DNA of 64,000 nt. Origin: the human T2T-CHM13v2.0 reference genome, Homo sapiens. Location of the stretch: NCBI RefSeq assembly GCF_009914755.1, contig NC_060935.1, one strand, 5' to 3'. Both the position numbers and the translations under genes were made by a program. The notes under the pieces are model-generated. The model worked only from the letters and a program-made list of their open reading frames with translations, did no database searches and was not told the origin of the DNA. Positions 50,370 through 64,000 of this stretch are shown in pieces (position 1 is the first letter of the stretch; each line of letters starts with the position of its first letter).

Positions 50370-50970
50370 AACACCTGTATCAAGGTATAATTTACATACC
50401 ACCAAATCCAGCCATTGTAAGTCTACAGTCTATAGTTCTATGATTTTAGTGACTCTATAGAACTGTACAATTGCTACCAGTTTTAGTTTTTTCCATCACC
50501 CCAAACAGGCATCACATTTTGATCATGCCTGTTTATGGTTATTCCCTGTTCTCACTTCCTGTCTTAGGAAACCACTGATGTACATTCTGTCTCTATAAAT
50601 TTGCCTTTTGATCCTTTGGGCCTTTTGTGGAATTTCATGTAAATGTAATATGTAGTCTTTTGTGTCAGCCTTCTTTAACTTGTGTTTTTGAGTTTCCTCT
50701 GTGTTGTAGCATGTATTCATAGTTTGTCTCTTTCAACTGTGCAAATATATTCCATTGCATTCTATTCCTTATTTTATTTATGCATTCACTAGCTGATAGA
50801 TATTTTCAGCTATTAAAAATAATACTGCTATGAACATTCAATGCATGCTTTTGTGTGGATATGCATTTTAATCTCTCTTGGGTAAATTCATAGGAGTGAA
50901 ATTGATAGCTTTGTAACTATATGTTAACTTTTTAATAAACTACTAAACTATTTTCAAAAGAGTCTGCACC
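50370..50970 (-). mobile_element. Old L1 3' UTR (L1MB/L1ME-class)
   Basis: AGGTATAATTTACATAC, AACCACTGATGTACATTCTGTCTCTATAAATTTGCCT, GCTATGAACATTC, CTCTTGGGTAAAT..GGAGTGAAATTG. Confidence 0.75.
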
Positions 50971-51139
50971 TCTGTTTTTTTGAAAATAAATTTTAAATAT
51001 TTCAATACAGAAAAATAAAACCAAAAATATTTTCTAATTCTACTGCTCATGAAACCCTAACATTTATTTTAAGCAAAATGCATGAATATTGTAAGACAAT
51101 TTGAATAGTTAAAAAACGATATTTAAACAAGGTATTTTT

Positions 51140-52004
51140 TCCAATACTTTTAAAATTTTATTTTAAGTTCCAGGATACATATGCAGAATGTGCAGGTTTG
51201 TTACATAGGAATGCATGTGCCATGGTGGTTTGCTGCACCTATCAAACCGTCATCTAGGTTTTAAAGCCCCGTATAACTTAGGTATTTGTCCTAATACTCT
51301 CCCTCCCCTTGCCCCCTACCCCCTGTGTTGTTCCCCTCCCTGGTCCATGTGTTCTTATTGTTCAACTCCCACTTATGAGTGAGAACATATGGTGTTTGGT
51401 TTTCTGTTCCTGTGTTAGTTTGCTGAGAATGATGGCTTCCAGGTTCACCCATGTCCCTGCAAAGGATATGATCTCATTCTTTTTTATGGCTACATAGTAT
51501 TCCACGGTGTATATGTGCAACATTTTCTTTATCCAGTCTATCATTGATGGACATTTGGGTTGGTTCCAAGTCTCTGCTATTGTGAATAGTGCTGCAATAA
51601 ACATATGTGTGCATGTGTCTTTATAGTAGAATGATTTATAATCCTTTGGGTATATATCCAGTAATGGGATTGATGGGTCTAATGGTATTTCTGGTACTAG
51701 ATCCTAGAGGAATCGCCACACTATCTTCCACAATGGTTGAACTAATTCACACTCCCACCAACAGTGTAAAAGTGTTCCTATTTCTCCACAGCCTCACCAG
51801 CATCTATTGTTTCCTGACTTTTGAATAATCACCATTCTTACTGGCATGAGATGGTAATCTCACTGTGGTTTCGATTTGCATTTTTCTAATGATCAGTGAT
51901 GATGAGCTCTTTTTCATATGTTTTTTGGCCACATAAATGTCTTCTTTTGAGAAGTGTCTGTTACATCCTTTGCCTACTTTTTGATGGGGTTGTTTGTTTT
52001 TTCC
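51140..52004 (-). mobile_element. 5'-truncated L1PA (PA8-PA11-like) 3' end
   Basis: GTGCAGGTTTGTTACATAGG..CATGTGCCATGGTGGTTTGCTGCACC; ORF2 tail MFIAALFTIAETWNQPKCPS. TTTAAACAAG at 51122-51131 and 52005-52014 is a possible TSD. Confidence 0.92.
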
Positions 52005-52009
52005 TTTAA

Positions 52010-52336
<327 letters not shown>

Positions 52337-52569
52337 AATTTTTTATCTTTCCAAAAAATTTTAGGCATATACAATTATATATTTTAGATATAGGTCAAAT
52401 GATACAATACACATTGTTTTGCATTATTTGCAGTTAATAATATATTTTGGAGGTTTTCCCATAGCCGCATATATAGCCCCACCTCTTTCTTTAATTTTTA
52501 ATAGCTTTATTGGTGTGTAATTGACATGTAATAAACTGAACATATTTAAAGTACAAAATTTGATAAGTT

Positions 52570-55500
52570 GTTTTTTTAAAAGTTTTTATTTCAATAGGTT
52601 TTTTGGGGAACACGTGGTGTTTGGTTACATGGATTAGTTCTATAGTGGTTATTTCTGAGATTTTGGTGCCCACATCACCTGAGCAGAGTACACTGTACCC
52701 AATGTATACTCTTTTATCCCTCACTTCTTCCCACCCTTTCCCCAGAGTCCCCAAAGTTCATTGTATTATTCCTATGTCTTTGCTTCCTCATAGCTTAGCT
52801 CCCACTTATGAGTGAGAACATACGATGTTTGGTTTTCCACTCCTGAGTTACTTCACTTAGAATAATGGTCTCCAATTCCATCTAAGTTGCTGTGAATGCC
52901 ATTATTTTGTTCCTTTTTATGACTGCCTTTATTTTGTTCCTTTTTGTGACTGAGTAGTATTCCATGGTGTGTGTATACATATATATATACTCTCTCTACA
53001 TATAAAGTAGTATTCCATGGTATGTGTGCATGTGTGTATATATATATAAGGTAGTATAATATTAGTGTATAGATATATAAAGTAGTATATATATGAAAAT
53101 GTGGTAAATTTGGTATGTGTACTATATATATATATACACACACACACGTGTGTGTGTATGTGTATGTGTGTGACATTTTCTTTATCCACCCATTGATTGA
53201 TGGGCATTTCGGCTGGTTCCATATTTTTGTAATTGCAAATTGTGATGCTATAAACATGCATGTGCAAGTATTTTTTTTTAATATAATGACTTCTTTTCCT
53301 CTGCGTAGACACCCAGTAGAGGGATTGCTGGATCAAATGGTAGATCTACTTTTAGTTCTTTAAGGAATCTCCACACTGTTTTCCATAGTGGTTGTAGTAA
53401 TTTACATTCCCATCAGCAGTGTAGAAGTGTTCCCTTTTCACAGCATCCCATCAACATCTATTTTTTTAAAATTTTTTTGATTATGGCTATTCTTGCAGGA
53501 GTAAGCTGGTATGGCATTGTGGTTTTGATTTGCATTTCCCTGATCATTAGTGATGCTGAGCATTTTTTCATGTTTCATATGTTTGTTGGCCATTTGTATA
53601 TCTTCTTTTGAGAATTGTCTATTCATGTCCTTAGCCCACTTTTTGATGGGATTATTTGTTTTTGTCTTGCTGATTTGTTTGAGTTCCTTGTAGATTCTGG
53701 ATATTAGTCCTTTGTCAGATGTATAGATTGTGAAGATTTTCTCCCACTCTGTGGGTTGTCTGTTTACTCTGCTGACTGTTTCTTTTGCTGTGCAGAAGCT
53801 TTTTAGTTTAATTAAGTCCCATCTATTTACCTTTGTTTTGTTGAATTTGCTTTTGCTTTCTTCGTCATGAAGTCTTTGCCTAAGCCAATGTCTAGAAGGG
53901 TTTTTCCAATGTTGTCTTCTAGAGTTTTTATGGTTTCAGATTTTAGATTTAAGTCTTTGATCCATTTTGAGTTTATTTTTATATAAGGTGAGAGATGAGG
54001 ATCCAGTTTTATTCTTCTACATGCGGCTTGCCAGTTATCCAAGCACCATTTGTTGAATAGGATATCTTTTCCCCACTTTATGTTTTTGTTTGCTTTTTTG
54101 AAGATCATTTGGCTATAAGTGTTTGGCTTTATTTCTGCGTTCTCTATTCTGCTCCATTGGTCTATTTGCCTATTTTTATGCCATGCTGTTTTGGTTACTA
54201 TGGCCTTATAGTGTAGTTTGAAGTCAGGTAGTCGTGATGTCTCCAGATTTGTTCTTTTTACTTAGTCTTGCTTTGGCTATGTGGGCTCTTTTTTGGTTCC
54301 ACATGCATTTTAGGATTTTTTTTTTTTTTTTTTTTTTAGTTCTGTGAAGAATGATGGTGATATTTTCATGGGAATTGCATTGAATTTATAGATTGCTTTT
54401 GGCAGCATGGTCATTTTCACAATATTGATTCTACCCATCCATAAGCATGGAATGTGTTTCCATTTGCTTGTGTCATCTATGATATCTTTCAGCAGTGTTT
54501 TGTAGTTTTCCTTGTAGATGTCTTTCACGTCCTTGGTTAGGTGTATTCCTAAATATTTTTCTTTCTTTCTTTTTCTTTTTTATTTATTTATTTTTTTGCA
54601 GCTATTGTGAAAGTGGTTGAATTCTTGATTTGATTCTCAGCTTGATCACTGCTGGTGTATAGGAGAGCTACTGATTTGTGTACATTACCTTTGTCATTTA
54701 ACATAATCCCAACTTCTTGGAGGCTTTGTTCATTTTTTAAAAATTATTTTTTCTTAGTCTTTGTTGTATTGGGTTAATTCAAAAGCCTTTGAGATCTGAA
54801 GTTCTTTCTTCTATTTGTTCAATTCTGTTGCTGAGACTTTCCAGTGGATTTTGCATTTATCTAAGTGTGTCCTTCATTTCCAGAAGTTGTGATTGTTTTT
54901 TATTTATACTATCTATTTCTATGGAGATTTTTCCATCCATATCATGTAACATTTAAAAAAATTTATTTGAGTTGGTATTCACCTTTCTTTGGTGCCTCCT
55001 TGAGTAGCATGATAATCAACCTTCTGAATTCCTTTTCTGGCAATTCAGAGTTTTCTTCTTGGCTTGGATCCATTGTTGGTGTGATCTTTTGGGGGTGTTA
55101 AACAACCTTGTTTTGTCATATTAGCAGAATTGTCTTTTCTGGTTCCATCTCATTTGGGTAGACTATGTCAGAGGGATGATCTGGGGTTCAAGAGCTGCTG
55201 TTCAGATTCTTTCATCCCATGGGGTACTCCCTAGATGTGGGTGCTCAGGGATGTGGATTCCTCAGAGCCAAACTGCAGTGATTGCTGTTTCTCTTCTGGA
55301 TCTAGCTGCCCAGTGGAGCTACCAGGCTCTGGGCTGGGGAGTGTCTGCAAAGAGTCCTGTGATGTGATCCATTTTCAGATCTCTTAGCTTTGGATACCAG
55401 CAACTGCTCCAGTAAAGGTAGCAGGGGGGTGAAGTGGACTCTGTGAGGGCCTTGGTTGTATTTTTGATTATTGTATTGATAGTTTTGTGTTGGTTGGCCT

Positions 55501-56210
55501 CCAGCCAGGAGGTGGCACTTTCAAGGAAGCATCAGCTGCAGTAGTATAGGGAGAATGTAAGCTTGCCCTAGGATAGCCTGGATAAGTTTCTCAGTCGGTG
55601 GGTGGGGCCATACAGCCTCGAAAAGATTATGTCCTTTGTTTTCAGCTACCAGGGCGAGTAGAGAAAGACCATCAGGTGGGGGCAAAGTTAGGCATGTCTG
55701 AGCTTCGACTCTCCTTAGGCAGAACTTGCTGCAGCTGCTGTAGGAGATGGGGGTTGTGCTTCTCAGGCCAATGAGTTCCCAGGGGGATTATGGTTGCCTG
55801 AGCAGGACTGAGGACTTGCCCCAGGCACAAGGTAACCCCACTGGGAAAGCAAGCAGGGTTTTCAGGTTTCGCACTTCTCAGCCTGCCACAACTTTGGTTC
55901 TGTGTCTGCACTCCTGGTTCACCTCTCCCCCAGATTCTGTCCAGGAAACTTGGTGTTCAGTTAAAATTGTTACAAAATTCAGCTGAAGGTTTCCTTCTCC
56001 CTGTGGTCTTTCCCCAATTTCACTGGCAGCCTTCCCCAAGGACCCATGTGAGACAAAGTCAGAAATGGCTTCTCTGGGGACTGAGAGTGTCCACAGAGCT
56101 CTTCCCATTTCATGCAGCTCTCTAAGTTCATCTCAGCGCCAGGTAAGGTCTAATCCTTCACCTGTGATCTGGACCTACAGGTTCCCCAGTGAGGATATGT
56201 GTTCAGGGGT
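52570..56210 (-). mobile_element. L1PB-like element with 3' UTR, ORF2 C-terminal half, ORF1 N-terminal part and 5' UTR; large internal deletion at ~54690
   Basis: TTTCAATAGGTTTTTTGGGGAACACGTGGTGTTTGGTTACATG 3' end. ORF2 fragments [16 protein letters not shown] and [33 protein letters not shown]1/5' UTR-like sequence 54695-56210. Confidence 0.88.
52965..53172. repeat. (TA)n/(CA)n/(TG)n low-complexity expansion in the L1PB 3' UTR
   Basis: TATATATATATACACACACACACGTGTGTGTGTATG... Confidence 0.9.
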
Positions 56211-57690
56211 GGACAAGTATATCAACAAGTCATTTCTTTCTATTGCTGACAGTATATCATTGTATGAATATGTCAGTTTGTCAATCCATTCTCCCACTGA
56301 TAGACATTAGGATTGTTTCAAATTTTTTGCTATTACAAATAAAGCTCCTATAAGCATTTGTGTACAAACTTTTGTATGGACACATCTTTCTTTTCTCTTG
56401 GGTAAATCCCTAGAAGTAGAATAACTAGACTACATGGCGAATATGTGTTTAACTTTTTAAGGAACTGCCAAACTGCTTTCTAAAGTAGCATACCAGTTTA
56501 CATTTTCATTAGTAGTATACAAGACTTCCAGTTGCTCTGCACCTTGTTTATGTCTCTAAAAATCAGATTTGGTTCTTTTTTACATCTTCAATGTCTTTTA
56601 TATTTTGAACATATAAAAAGCAATTATAATAACTATTTCAAAGTTCTTGTCACTAATTCTCACATTTTCAGCTCTGCTGCAATTGGCTGATTTTTCTCCT
56701 TATTGTAGGTTGTATTTCTCTGCATCTTTGTGTGCCTGGTAATCTTTGATTAAATGCCAGACATTGTAAATTTTACCTTGATGGGTGCTGCATATTTTAT
56801 ATTTTTGTAAATACTTTTGAGTTTTATTCTGGGACATAGTTGAGTTTCTTAGAGACTGTTTGATCCATTTGGGCCTTCCTGTAAAGATTGTTAGGTGGGA
56901 TGAGACCTACGTTTAGTCTAGGGTTAAATACTCCCCACTACTACAAGCTCTTTCCAAAAAATCTACCTAAAATGAGTTGTGAGATTTCTCAGTCTAGTTA
57001 GTGGCACTATTCCAAGCCCTGTGTGAATGCTGTTACTATTTCCTCTAATCCTTTTGAATGGTTCTTTTCCCAGCCTTGGGTAGTATCTTTGCCCACATGT
57101 ATTGATCAATTCTTTGATCATTACGTGAGGGGAAACTGCAGCGGATTTTCAGAGTTTTCTTTCTGCAAAAGTCTTACATCTCCTACACCCTGTGCTGTGA
57201 ACTATGGCCATCTTGGTTCCTCCCAATACTCTCAGCTCCATCTGTTCAACTCAAGTATCAAATATTATAGATGCACTATAATTTGTTTAATCATTTCCCT
57301 ATTGTTAGATGTTTGGGTTTCTTCTGTTGTTGTTGTCTTATTAATTACAGCTAAGACTATCTTAATATATGTATATTAATAGACTCTTGCAAATACAACC
57401 ATAACATAGGGTAATGATTAGCAAGAAAGTTACAAGCTAAATGGATACGTACTTGCTTAATTATAATAGATAATACTAAATTATCTTCTAGAAGCTTGCA
57501 TCAACTTACACTTCATGAAAAGCATATGAAAATGACATTTGGTCCATATCCCTGCCAGTAATGGGTATATCAAAGTTGAGATTTTTGCCAATCTGATAGG
57601 TCAAAAAATTGGTATCTTGTTGTTTTAATTTGCATTTCTTTAGTTATGAGTGAAGCCTAGCAGCTCTTTACATGTTTGTTGGCTGATTTC
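56211..57690 (-). mobile_element. Older L1M fragments (L1MB-like 3' UTR continuing from 52490-52570, an L1M 5'-type piece, an L1ME piece)
   Basis: TTGCTATTACAAATAAAGCT, TAACTTTTTAAGGAACTGCCAAACTG, ATGCCAGACATTGTAAATTTTAC, TTTTTGCCAATCTGATAGG, GTTTTAATTTGCATTTCTTT. Confidence 0.7.
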
Positions 57691-58789
57691 CTCATTTCCA
57701 CTGAGATAATGTGCTGAACCAATGACTCCAAGGCACAGAACTCCCTTGTAACAACTCGCAGTCTCTTCTCTAACTGATGGCTCATCTCCCTCAGCCACAC
57801 ACATAACAGTCTTCCTGGATTTCCTAATTTCTTGAGATCTTTAGAACTAAGTCCTATGCCTTCACTCTAAAAACCAGTGACATTGCCATTCTAAATGAAT
57901 GTGTCGATCACTATCACAGTACAAACTATTGCAATTACCAACTTCAGGTGGCTACAAGGTAGCAAAGTTTCTCTATGTTTGCCTAAAGTGATAGGCCTTC
58001 TGAATACCTAAAAATCAGCAATGTAGCAGATCTCCAGCCTTCTGAGTCAGTAGGACTTATAATAGTGATGACCACAACTACTGTTATCATCACTAAAAAT
58101 CCAATACAAACCTAAGCCTTGTCATGTCAAATCATTTAGAATTTTGGTGGTTTTCTGGCCCAGTGGTTAAAGAGATTGACAGGGAAGAACCCTGAACATC
58201 ATCAATCCTGAATTCATGACAGTATGACATTAGCCTGCACGAAACTTCTAGAATCAGCATCTGCTTAGCCTCAAAGCTATAACTACACTCACTAAGATGG
58301 AAGAAGGCACTGGGATCCTGGAACAAGGGAAGGAAGATTGGATTCAATGGCTCGTAAGACCCTTTCTGATTTTAACATATATAAACCTGCTCTGTCATGA
58401 GCTACTCATAGCCATACTGTTTTCCCCATCACCTTCCAGATCTGCAACAAATCCCTGGGATTCAAGAACTGCCAATCTGTACTGAAATATTTCAAGACTA
58501 TCCTTTCTCCTCACGGTATATCCCAGCTACACCTTGTTTCCTCTAGAAAAGCCTTCAGATTGGCTCCCTATTCCAGTTCTATCGAAGATATACCTTTCCA
58601 GGGACCTCTGACTAATCACATTATGTCCATCTTAAATTTTATGTCACACCTGGAAGCCCTCTTTTCACAGGGAAGAAAGTAAAAATTAGTTTCATGGGAG
58701 ACAGGCACAAAGCTTAACACCTGTTCAGCATTTTTTCTTTGGTTCCTCATGGCATTACTTAAATATTACCATAAGTGCATTGACTCAAA

Positions 58790-59620
58790 AATAATAACAA
58801 CAGCTGCTATATGCCAGGCACTGTTTTAGTCACTTTATGTGCATTATCTTTTTACTTTTACCTGATCCTTGTAAAATAGGCATTAATAACTAATTTTTAA
58901 TTCAGGGAAAGTCAGAATAATTTAAACTAAGTCAAAGCCACACGGCTAGAGAATGGCAGGGCCATGTCTTTTGGATTCAGAAAACTGTGCTCTATCTATT
59001 ATACTGCAGTATCTGCTCTGTGCATAGCACTATGAATTTTTGAAAAACACATCACTTCCTTGACTTTGTGAAGGTTTAATTTTGCTTGCGGGGGATGAAG
59101 TTGACTTTGATGGAAAATTAAACAACAGTGTAAGATTACATTGCTGAAGAGATTAGGCATAGAATGATTGTGGCAGCTGCTAGGTTTATAGGAGAGAGCA
59201 GAATGCCTACAGGAGGCTTTGTGGGAGACATGAGACTTCAGCTGCTCTTAAAAGATGTATTTTGGGGAATTTTTTTAGATATTTAGAGAATTTGCTGGAA
59301 TTTATTCAGAGAATTATAAGGTGGAAGAGAAGTAATTGAGAAGATTGCTTATGGGACTAAATAGGGACTATGTCTGCACACAAACACACACACATGCACA
59401 CACATACTCAGCCAAGTCACTGCACATAGCAAAGCGTCTCCTCACTGGTCACAGAGTAAGTCCAATTGGCAAGTGTGCACAGCCTTTGGGAGTTAATTCA
59501 TTGTAGTTTATTCATTCTTTCAAAGATATTCATAAGCCAGGCCCTGAATGATGCCATTGGGCATGCTCAATGAGAAACAAACTGAGCTCTGTGTATAATC
59601 TGTGATGGATCTGCAGAGCA
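58790..59620 (-). mobile_element. MIR (~58790-59010) and L2 fragments
   Basis: TATATGCCAGGCACTGTTTTAG..TTATGTGCATTATCT; GGAGGCTTTGTGGGAGACATGAGACTTCAGC. Confidence 0.5.
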
Positions 59621-60475
59621 GGACTGGAACTACTTATTCCAGTATTCATAATGAGGGTGTTTTTCTGGTCCATTTTCACACCTACTTCTCAGCCAGGGTA
59701 GTTTCTACACTAGGTCAAGGCTGGGAGTGCAGGCTTTTCCAAACACTACAACTAGACTACACCTCCTCAAAGAATTGTGAGATCCCAGACACAAGATCAC
59801 TAATCATAGAATATTATCCCTAGGAGGGCCATTATAAATCATTAAACTAGAAGACTTCAACTCCTCTTTGGAACCCTTCAAGAGCCCCTGTGGTTGGAAG
59901 GTTAAATGAGTATGGCAAATCCAGGACAATGTCAGCCTTTCATCCCTACTCTGGCGAAAGTAGTTCAGCTTTATTTACTTAATTTATTTGTGCTGCTTCA
60001 CAAAACACATTTCTCCAAACTTAAAAACAACGTTTGCAGAGAGCTAGTTTTGCCTTATTTTTCATGTAGTAGATGAAGACCAAGGCCCAAAGAGGTGAAG
60101 AGACCACCCAAGCTGGCTACTTAATATCTAAGCAGGATCTAGGCCTCCTATTTCCTTGTAATCTCGTTTGAAGCTGGATCACATTACACTATCTTTGGGA
60201 TTACATTTTTGGCACTGACAATGTTACCAGGAGATCATTGACACAAAATTTAGATTCAAAGGGAAATTGTGCTTTATTGTCTTTTCCCTCTCCTCCTCTT
60301 CCTCCTTTTATTCTTTCTCCTTCTCTTCTTCCTTCTCCTTCTTTTGACTTTTACTACAGAGTAGCATGAGCATCAGTTCATCCTAAAATTACTTTTCTGC
60401 TTCCTTCACTCGACTGCTCCTCCTCTTGTCATTGTTGCCATTCAATATATAGAGTGTCATTAAGAGGACATTGGG

Positions 60476-63149
<2,674 letters not shown>

Positions 63150-63592
63150 AGAGAGCATTGGGAAATTAGAGATTGACTGTATTGGTTAATGGCAAAATGG
63201 TAAGCTTGACTCCTCCCAAAGAGTTGGAGCTTTCCAACATTCCAACAGTTTGGGCCGCGCCTTTCCTTTCTTCTTCCACATCCTGCTTTTGCCAGGGCTT
63301 GCCCCACCTCCAGCCCCAGCCCCCTTGCCCTCAACTACTTGAATCAATAATTAAGCCCCTGCAGCCAGAAAGTCGAAATGCCTGAAAATTGTAGTCTGCA
63401 GTGCTACAGATGGCAAGTTCAAAGCTTTCCTACCTGTTGAGACCTGAGCCCAGGTTCTCAATTGCTGATGAAGTCAGCAATGTTTATGGCAAATGCAGTA
63501 AGTGAAACAATAGCCTCCAGGTTGTAATACAGGCCTTGGCAGGCATGTGACAGAGAAGGTTTGTTATATGCTTAAGGATGTGTCGAAAACTC

Positions 63593-63676
63593 CATTAACT
63601 GAAAGCAGGGTAGTGTGGATGGGCGGCATGGGGGCATTAACTGAAAGCAGGGGAGTGTGGATGGGCAGGTTGGGGG
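63593..63676 (+). repeat. Two-copy 42-bp G-rich tandem repeat
   Basis: CATTAACTGAAAGCAGGG(T/G)AGTGTGGATGGGC...TGGGGG starting at 63593 and 63635. Confidence 0.93.
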
Positions 63677-64000
63677 AGTGGGGCGGAGATGGCTAGGCAA
63701 CACTTTGTATTCTTTTTTGAGTTTAACTATTGATGGTGCTCTAGCATGTGACTGCTGGATATCCACTGCAAAGAATTGATATCACTAAACATCGGGGGAT
63801 CTAATTGCATTCAGAGCCCTTCAACTAAATAAAAATTTCCAGAATATCTACTATGTTTATATGATAACACTCTTTTGAAAACACTACATTATAAAAATCA
63901 GGAATTTAGTGTCCTAGTATTTTTGATTTGGTTAAGGAAACAAGATTAAAACACCAGAAATAATTAGAAGCTAATTTATGTAGTTTTGGAAGCTATTTGG

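Noticed and set aside
55503-55520. CTCF-like CCAGGAGGTGGCAC (weaker matches near 22125 and 31370)
   Set aside because: Mismatch in the core, located inside an L1 5' UTR, and expected by chance in 64 kb.

Overview
Catarrhine-primate (human-like) non-coding genomic DNA. I could not identify the locus. Most of the window is interspersed repeats: several LINE-1 copies of different ages, seven Alus (three AluY), MaLR/ERVL LTRs, an ERVL integrase-tail/dUTPase remnant, hAT MITEs and many old L2/MIR fragments. I see no intact protein-coding gene, RNA gene, CpG island or CRISPR array; the ORFs with recognisable protein similarity are broken L1 ORF2 or ERVL pieces, and the rest are antisense repeat frames or chance ORFs. 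I found no new biological system. The most interesting direct observations are DNA-rearrangement scars: a nested near-perfect foldback at 12498-12633, a ~120-bp inverted duplication starting exactly where an L1 is cut off (3806-3924 vs 4786-4907), a 117-bp dispersed duplication (36766 vs 38585), and quasi-palindrome insertions inside an Alu and an L1. Also notable are an ancient L1 that keeps both ends and a candidate TSD, and a set of + strand splice signals with a candidate RFX/TATA first exon that may mark a lncRNA. Repeat subfamily names come from my recall of consensus sequences, and the boundaries of old repeats are approximate.
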